Below are positions 57,842 to 64,000 of a stretch of 64,000 bases of DNA, one piece after another; within the stretch, counting starts at the first letter, position 1, and each line of letters starts with the position of its first letter. The notes below the pieces were generated by a model. That model was not told where the DNA came from and searched no databases. It saw only the letters and a program-made list of their open reading frames with translations. Source of the DNA: a virus (Duplodnaviria; Caudoviricetes). The stretch is from IMG/VR virus record IMGVR_UViG_3300029288_000057, positions 96,001 to 160,000 of that record. One strand, given 5' to 3'. Made by a program: the position numbers and the translations under genes.

Positions 57842-59017
57842 TTAAATATCAATTTCCAAATTAAAAGTTATAAGTCCATCGTATGTTTTTTCTACTGGTC
57901 TGTCTAATTTTGCCACCGCAATTAATTGTGCGTGGACGTTGTATAAACCAACTTGTGTAACAAAAATTGAGTCAAAATTTGTTGTGTGATTGGTAATTTC
58001 AGCCAAGTTCCTTGACAATGGCCATGATGGATTCTTAGATATAAAGAATTGTCCTGGCATAGCAATACAAACAACAGAAGTTAAATATCTTATGCTAATA
58101 TCATCATAAGTTAAAGTTGATGCTGGTGTTGTGCCTGTAAACACAATTCTTGATGTTCCGCTTGTTGCTCCTGCGTTTGACCCGTTTATAATATTTTCTC
58201 CAGCATTCGTGGCCCCATAACCACCTTCATAGATTGTACTTCCAGAAACCCATGGGATACTGTTGACAATTGACGGATGTGTTAAAATGATAAATCCTTT
58301 ATCCAAGCAGACAAATCCAACTGGTATATCATAATTATATCCAAGTGACACATCTAGGCTGGTTGCCTTTGGATATGCCTGATTTACTGATACGGCTAGA
58401 TTTACCGTAGACCAAGGTCTAAGGTCTGTGTTATAATCTACGGTTTTTATTTCTGGATATGCAACCGCAGAAGGCCTATCTCTAAAATCAACAGTTGGTT
58501 CCCATGTTGTAATGCTACTACGGTTTACATGTGCATATTCTGTGGTTCCACTGTATGGTTTGTTTACATCGTCAGAAAACAAAAATGCCACATTGTTAGG
58601 ACCAAAATATTGGATGGGGGAGTCTGATATTTTCGAAGTTCTTAATCTATCAGAATAAAAACTAGAAACTATTGTTTTCCCGCTATTTCCCCATTGAGGA
58701 ACGACAATTTTAATTGACCTTCCATCGATATATTCACTATAATCATTTTCACTAATTGAAATCACCACGATTCTGTTAACGTTCAGTTGAAATAATTGTG
58801 GATTGGCTTTTGTAATAGTATCTCCACTATAAAAAACTGTGTTTGATGCCTTATGGGGCATGTTAAACGATGAAAAATAGTGCGCATATTTAGAATTGGT
58901 GTCCGTTCTATCTGCTAAAGTATATGCTATTTCTGACCCCGATAAGCTTTTCCTCGTCGTAACTTCTTTTCTTATAGCGGTTGATGAGTTTACTTGTACT
59001 TTGTTAATTTCTGCCAT
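57842..59017 (-). CDS. Virion tail/baseplate protein
   Basis: C-terminal VTQVGLYN....IAVAKLDRPVEK...LEID module; S/T/G-rich. Confidence 0.7.
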   Translation of the reverse strand: MAEINKVQVNSSTAIRKEVTTRKSLSGSEIAYTLADRTDTNSKYAHYFSSFNMPHKASNTVFYSGDTITKANPQLFQLNVNRIVVISISENDYSEYIDGRSIKIVVPQWGNSGKTIVSSFYSDRLRTSKISDSPIQYFGPNNVAFLFSDDVNKPYSGTTEYAHVNRSSITTWEPTVDFRDRPSAVAYPEIKTVDYNTDLRPWSTVNLAVSVNQAYPKATSLDVSLGYNYDIPVGFVCLDKGFIILTHPSIVNSIPWVSGSTIYEGGYGATNAGENIINGSNAGATSGTSRIVFTGTTPASTLTYDDISIRYLTSVVCIAMPGQFFISKNPSWPLSRNLAEITNHTTNFDSIFVTQVGLYNVHAQLIAVAKLDRPVEKTYDGLITFNLEIDI

Positions 59018-59065
59018 TATATTATATTTTTATTTATTATAAAAGTTTTTTCTATGTAGCCTTTA

Positions 59066-59791
59066 TTACGTTGTCTTTCCACCAATACCAGTTGGGCTTT
59101 CTCTACTTAACGAAGGTTGCGAAGGTGCCTGGCCTGGATAAAAGTTAAAATTAAATGAAAAAGTAGATGCTTTACTTACAGTTCCACTTACACTTCCCCA
59201 ATAACTAAAAGTATAATCAACTTTTTGAATTGCTTCGGTAGATGAAAAGGTTTTTGTCATATTTGTATTTGGCACTGCACTGGGAACTTTAGGGGTGTTG
59301 TTGTTTGGTAGTGTACTTGCATATGAAACAAAAGCATCAATAAATTCCTGTGGAACACCAGTAAGATAATCTTTATATCCTGTAAAATAAGTAGCATCAG
59401 CTTTACATGGCACACAATATACCATGTTATAATATTGTGGGCTTCCATCGTCTGGCGCATAAAATTTAAGTGCATATACGCTATTGGGAATTGGAAGGTA
59501 ATAAATTCCAGATTGTGGACCATCACACTCCTGCAAGCCAACAAAATTTGGTTTTATATAATATTTTTCAACAATTATATTGTTGTTATTTATAACCCCA
59601 CCATAAGTTATAAGTTTTATTTTCCCAGCAATTGTTGACTTGCTTGGATGCTGGTTCTCTACTTTAGATGTAGACGTTCTGTTCCCACTATCTATTTGAA
59701 TTTTGTCCAAAGTAGTTCCAAGTGTTGATGCTATTTTTTCTGCATTTACCTTGCCAAGTGCGTCCGTTGTTATTTTGGTTGTTGCTGCCAT
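59066..59791 (-). CDS. Probable virion structural protein
   Basis: Within structural operon; S/T-rich. Confidence 0.55.
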   Translation of the reverse strand: MAATTKITTDALGKVNAEKIASTLGTTLDKIQIDSGNRTSTSKVENQHPSKSTIAGKIKLITYGGVINNNNIIVEKYYIKPNFVGLQECDGPQSGIYYLPIPNSVYALKFYAPDDGSPQYYNMVYCVPCKADATYFTGYKDYLTGVPQEFIDAFVSYASTLPNNNTPKVPSAVPNTNMTKTFSSTEAIQKVDYTFSYWGSVSGTVSKASTFSFNFNFYPGQAPSQPSLSRESPTGIGGKTT

Positions 59792-59815
59792 GTTTTTATT
59801 TAATTAAATTAAAGT

Positions 59816-60244
59816 TTATTCAGTAGATGTAGGTATGGTAGTTAAATCTATTGTAGATATATCTTCTGCTGCGTCTGTTCCTAAAATAATAGGTGAATCT
59901 ATAACTATAGGACCCGAAGGTGTTAGCCCACCAATTCCATCAATTTGGCCATTGGCAGAAATTAGATTATCTTCTTCTTTTACTATTGTGCCTTTTATAC
60001 AGTCATCATTTTTTCCAGAAACATTTGAAATGTCTCCTGTTTGAAATGGGTAAGAAGAGCTTATATCGTAATTATAATCTGGGTCAGACATGGAGAAATA
60101 TACTATTTTAAAAGCATCTATTGTTCCTCCAAGCCCATCTGATGTAAACCTGTTATTTGTAATTGGGTCAAACAAATATTTTCTTCCTAAATCCGTTAAA
60201 TATGCCACTGCATAAATTGTATCTGATGATAAAACGTGTCCCAT
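59816..60244 (-). CDS. Virion tail/baseplate protein
   Basis: LTDLGRKYL...F.MSD.DYNY module; late box at 60256-60263. Confidence 0.65.
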   Translation of the reverse strand: MGHVLSSDTIYAVAYLTDLGRKYLFDPITNNRFTSDGLGGTIDAFKIVYFSMSDPDYNYDISSSYPFQTGDISNVSGKNDDCIKGTIVKEEDNLISANGQIDGIGGLTPSGPIVIDSPIILGTDAAEDISTIDLTTIPTSTE

Positions 60245-60278
60245 AATTTTTTTTTTATAAATATATTAAAAATCTTTT

Positions 60279-62315
60279 TTAAAAATCTAACTCTAATTGA
60301 AATGCTAAATATCTTGATTCATTCTTTTTTATTGGGTATGCTGGTTTTGCAACTGCCACAAGTTCATTGTTTGAATTTAGCACACCTATTTCTGTGATAA
60401 AAGTACTGTCATCATACAACTCGTCAAAAGATTCATTGTTTGATGAGTTATATTCATCATTTCTTGCATATATTGTAATTATAGTTTTATACACACTTGC
60501 TTTTATCCCTGTCGTTAAATTCCCGTAGAAGAAAGATTCGTCTCCAAAAGTTAAACCACTAGAAAATAAAGAGTCTACATTAGATGTGAATGCTGAAAAC
60601 CTTCCGCTTAGTGCGTAAGTTGTTCCTGAATCATAATCTGCCTGTGTAATGCTGAAAACATGACTTTGTAAATCTGATGGACTTATTGTTCCCGTGCCAC
60701 CAGTATATATTCCATTTCCAACTCCATTAGAAATTAATTTCCAATTATATGTTGGCAAATCTCCAACCAAAGTGCTTGCGGATGTAACAATCTCTTGAAC
60801 AAGTATTTGTACTGAATTTGCGTTCCAACCAGTTCCTGTAAGCCCAGACAAGTTTGTATCGCTTCTTAAGTATGGGAAAGAAAGCGCTGGGAAACTAGCT
60901 CTTAAGATGGATGGCAATCCAGTAACAGAGTCTGTTTGTCCATCTATTCTCGTTACGTATCCACACGGAGAGCTTTGTGGATATCCATAACTAACCCCTT
61001 CTTGATATAGTGAACTAGAAGTTACATATGTTACATAATAAGAATAATCACTTTTACAAAGACCAGTTGAAGCGCCTATTGTTGATGGCATTAAATTAAG
61101 CGATAGTTCTGGTATTGTATAATTTCTATTAGATTTATATGTTAAAGCGGTTAATAATTCTTGGTCTGTTATAATAATTATTTTAAGTTTATGATAAACT
61201 CTTCCGACAATCAAAGATGTGCTTGAAATTCCGTCCCTTAAATCTCTGTAATAAGTTTCAGAAACAGTGTCAAAAGTATCATCTCCATATAAATCATATA
61301 GAGTAATTCCATAATTCATTTCTTCTCCCAATGTTGTTGTGAAATTTTTATGCCACATTATATTTGGAATCTCTAATTTAACCGTTCCAGGCACAAACTG
61401 CTCTGCATATGTATTTCCAGAATATTTATTAGTATAGTGAATTACTCCAAAAGTTTTTGTTTCGTTATAGAATCCCAAATATTGTTTGGTGCCATTAAAC
61501 TCAATAGAGCCATATGTTGTATAACCACTATCTGAAATTGCAGTCCCTTCTATCGAAGATGTTCTTATTATATTCATGTTCCAGACTCCACAATTGACCG
61601 TGGCCGCAGACCCGTAGTAAGTTTCTATTCCATTGTATGGGTAAAAATAAGCTTGGATTTTTTGTTGAGAGGCTGCTATAAAAGGATATCCAAAAAATGG
61701 AACACTTCTGTCTAAGTCCAAAGTAAAACCAGTTCTACCTTGTACTCTGTACCACAATGAAACATTTGGTCTTCCGCTGTATACAAACGCCGTACTATTT
61801 GTTATTGCACTATATTGTGGTGGTTCCCAAGGAATATACACCAAATCTCCTGTTTTCGCAGAGTAGCCTCCAGCTGAAAAAGTAATTTCCGTAGTTCCAA
61901 ATGGAGCTCTTTGTGAGTAATCTATTTGTGCGACCCCAATACATGGACCGTCACTGATAGTAGCTCCAGTTTTTATTGACCAATTGTTAGAACTTCCAGA
62001 AAAAAAGCCAGCCGAACTTGTCATTGCAGAAACAATCTGTCTTGCACTGGTTAAACTTTGTGTGCTTATTACAAGACCATCAGCACCATTAAAGCTTGTG
62101 TTGCCGCTATAGGGAAAAATTGGGTGGTCATCCTTTGGTGCTAGAATCCTATTTTGACAAATATCATAATAATTTCTAGCTATTCCATAATTAACTTCCC
62201 TATCAGAAAAAACTATTTTATTAAAAGTTAATGCTCCCAATGATAACAATCTTCTTCCTGTATCGGTAAGCTTAATGTTTATAAAATTTGAAGGTTCTTG
62301 AACTATATAACTCAT
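60279..62315 (-). CDS. Virion tail/baseplate protein
   Basis: N-terminal LTDTGRRLL...FSDREVNY; C-terminal ITEIGVLN...LVAVAKP..PIKK; late box at 62330-62337. Confidence 0.7.
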   Translation of the reverse strand: MSYIVQEPSNFINIKLTDTGRRLLSLGALTFNKIVFSDREVNYGIARNYYDICQNRILAPKDDHPIFPYSGNTSFNGADGLVISTQSLTSARQIVSAMTSSAGFFSGSSNNWSIKTGATISDGPCIGVAQIDYSQRAPFGTTEITFSAGGYSAKTGDLVYIPWEPPQYSAITNSTAFVYSGRPNVSLWYRVQGRTGFTLDLDRSVPFFGYPFIAASQQKIQAYFYPYNGIETYYGSAATVNCGVWNMNIIRTSSIEGTAISDSGYTTYGSIEFNGTKQYLGFYNETKTFGVIHYTNKYSGNTYAEQFVPGTVKLEIPNIMWHKNFTTTLGEEMNYGITLYDLYGDDTFDTVSETYYRDLRDGISSTSLIVGRVYHKLKIIIITDQELLTALTYKSNRNYTIPELSLNLMPSTIGASTGLCKSDYSYYVTYVTSSSLYQEGVSYGYPQSSPCGYVTRIDGQTDSVTGLPSILRASFPALSFPYLRSDTNLSGLTGTGWNANSVQILVQEIVTSASTLVGDLPTYNWKLISNGVGNGIYTGGTGTISPSDLQSHVFSITQADYDSGTTYALSGRFSAFTSNVDSLFSSGLTFGDESFFYGNLTTGIKASVYKTIITIYARNDEYNSSNNESFDELYDDSTFITEIGVLNSNNELVAVAKPAYPIKKNESRYLAFQLELDF

Positions 62316-62450
62316 TTTTCTTATTTTCCTATAAATAATCAATAAAAAAATATTTAAACTTTTTGAAAAAATAAATAGTTAACCATTAAAAACCTTTTTT
62401 GATTTGTTTTTAAATCTTTTTTGTTAATATTTATAAAAAACAAATTTTAA

Positions 62451-64000
62451 ATGCCTATTTTTGACACAATACCGAATTCTGCAACTACACTATCTGTAAA
62501 TTATAGACCAGGACAAAACAAAAGACTGTTTTCCTCAAAGTCTGAGGCCATATTTTCTTTTGGTGATTTTACAATAGAAAACAACTATACTTTAAATCAG
62601 TTAACGGGGTATACACGTAGTTCTCAGTTTGGTACTTTTGACAATTTACAAACCTTAAGTGCCGCAAATTTTTCTAATGACAGCTTTACGTTTTCCGTAC
62701 AACACAATGAATTAAACTTACCAAAAAGGAATCCAAAATCGCATGCTTATTTTTCTTCCTTTTATACAAATGTGGCAACATCAATCAATACTATAATAGA
62801 AAACTTCCCATATGCTATTTTATCACATAATGGTGGGAACACAAATATATTTGATTATACGGAATATTTTAATGGAATAACATTACAAAAAACTTCTTCT
62901 TTTAAAATACCAGTATCTGGATTAACGAACCAGGGAAATATTGCATTAGCTTCTGGGAACACAGAGGAAACATATAGTTTATCTTATGAATACGATGAGT
63001 TTTGTATACAATTAAGTGCAACAACAAGTGCAAAAACAGAGGTTTTTACAATAAAAGACTATTCGTTTTCTGGAACATATCTGTATTTTGAAGTTTATGG
63101 GTTTTTAATGAGTAGTGGTACTGCTACCTATGAAAACGCTCTCTATATAAGACCTACTAAAGAGAGAATGTTTAACTACAATGACTCTATAACTGCGCTA
63201 GAGACACAATTGTTAAATGAAGGAATATTTTTAATTCCAGCAATTGATACCACGGCAGACGACTCTTTTGAGAAAACATTTACATGGCCTAGAACCATAG
63301 ATGGGTTTTCTCCAGACTCATATGGAACTGATTTCGAGGATTATAAAGAAAATATATTGGCTGCAGCTGAAAAGGTTGACCAAGAAAAGACAGATATTTT
63401 TATAAAAACAGTAATTCCAGAAAATTATACGGAATTAGATTCTGATAATGAAATTTATAGAACTATAATACAAACATATGCTTATGAATTTGATAAGCTT
63501 AAGAATTATATAGATGCAATGGCGTATGCTCATAGCATTGAATATAATAATGAAGAAACAGTGCCAAAAAAATTCTTAACGAAATTAGGTTCTCTCTTGG
63601 GGTGGAAATTGTCGGAAGGATTCAGTGAACTAGACTTGTTTGATTATTTAACATCTGACTTAGACGAAAACTCTAATTCATTTTCCTATTTTAATCTTGA
63701 AATTTGGAGGAGAATTTTAATCAACCTCGTTTGGTTATATAAGAAAAAGGGAACAAGAGATGCTATAATGTTTATTTTTAGACTTATTGGAGCTCCAGAT
63801 TCTTTAATAAAGTTTGATGAGTTTGTATATGATATTGCTAAAACCACACCAATATTAACAGGGAAAGTAGACACTGATGGTTATATTAATTATGCGACCA
63901 GTGATTTTATATTTCAAGAGGGTGGAGATGGTAGAGGAAATGGGGATGCGTATATTAATCAGTGGAGACCAGAGTTTGACCCAGTTATGAGGGTTGATAA
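62451..64000 (+). CDS. Baseplate wedge protein (P2 gpI-like domain), runs off the right edge; not in ORF track
   Basis: Open frame from ATG 62451 (MPIFDTIP...) to window end; VPKKFLTKLGSLLGW and EIWRRILINLVWLYKKKGTRDAI; late box at 62428-62435. Confidence 0.75.
   Translation, partial: MPIFDTIPNSATTLSVNYRPGQNKRLFSSKSEAIFSFGDFTIENNYTLNQLTGYTRSSQFGTFDNLQTLSAANFSNDSFTFSVQHNELNLPKRNPKSHAYFSSFYTNVATSINTIIENFPYAILSHNGGNTNIFDYTEYFNGITLQKTSSFKIPVSGLTNQGNIALASGNTEETYSLSYEYDEFCIQLSATTSAKTEVFTIKDYSFSGTYLYFEVYGFLMSSGTATYENALYIRPTKERMFNYNDSITALETQLLNEGIFLIPAIDTTADDSFEKTFTWPRTIDGFSPDSYGTDFEDYKENILAAAEKVDQEKTDIFIKTVIPENYTELDSDNEIYRTIIQTYAYEFDKLKNYIDAMAYAHSIEYNNEETVPKKFLTKLGSLLGWKLSEGFSELDLFDYLTSDLDENSNSFSYFNLEIWRRILINLVWLYKKKGTRDAIMFIFRLIGAPDSLIKFDEFVYDIAKTTPILTGKVDTDGYINYATSDFIFQEGGDGRGNGDAYINQWRPEFDPVMRVD

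Noticed and set aside
2265-63874. Many short antisense or nested ORFs in the track (e.g. 2265-2594, 3284-3652, 7303-7689, 21263-21634, 33687-34055, 53092-53451, 63686-63874)
   Set aside because: They are shadows of well-supported opposite-strand or overlapping genes, with S/F/L-rich composition and no motifs or promoters
1-64000. Stop-codon reassignment as in some large Bacteroidota phages
   Set aside because: Conserved enzymes are full length in code 11, and TAA, TAG and TGA all end genes
1-64000. CRISPR array, tRNA or rRNA genes
   Set aside because: Intergenic gaps are short and explained by promoters and terminators; no repeat-spacer pattern or cloverleaf recognised by eye (tRNAscan not run)

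Overview
AT-rich, gene-dense segment of a large (jumbo-type) tailed dsDNA phage, most likely infecting a Bacteroidota host. TATATTTG boxes matching the Bacteroidota TAnnTTTG -7 element precede many genes, and Shine-Dalgarno motifs are not evident. Genes read intact in standard code 11. The left ~27 kb is an accessory block: a PncA-vWA-PP2C-kinase (TerY-P-like) operon; a splicease-like radical SAM/SPASM enzyme with its own XYG-repeat tail; CoaB plus a CoaC-M23 fusion; ClpP; Thg1-like and CCA-adding enzymes; an IMPDH/GMPR enzyme; a degenerate Adk; a PncB-Nudix-NadE-SLOG operon; an NTase/Acb1-like 2H/HEXXH multidomain protein; ThyA and dUTPase. The middle holds many late, probably virion-internal proteins with shared N-terminal leaders. 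The right part holds replication/recombination genes (SNF2 helicase, PD-(D/E)xK exonuclease, fused Mre11-Rad50, primase, RuvC-like) and tail/baseplate genes. Three promoter classes can be read from the DNA: host-type TATATTTG, an ECF-sigma-like AAC-N16-CGTATA (8 copies, exact spacing), and a late TATTTAT box. Best candidates for new biology: (1) a phage-borne, possibly self-modifying splicease; (2) a co-regulated deamidating (Preiss-Handler) NAD+ reconstitution route distinct from NARP1/NARP2; (3) leader-tagged counter-defence enzymes probably packaged in the virion. All family calls come from motif recognition by eye; no database searches were run.
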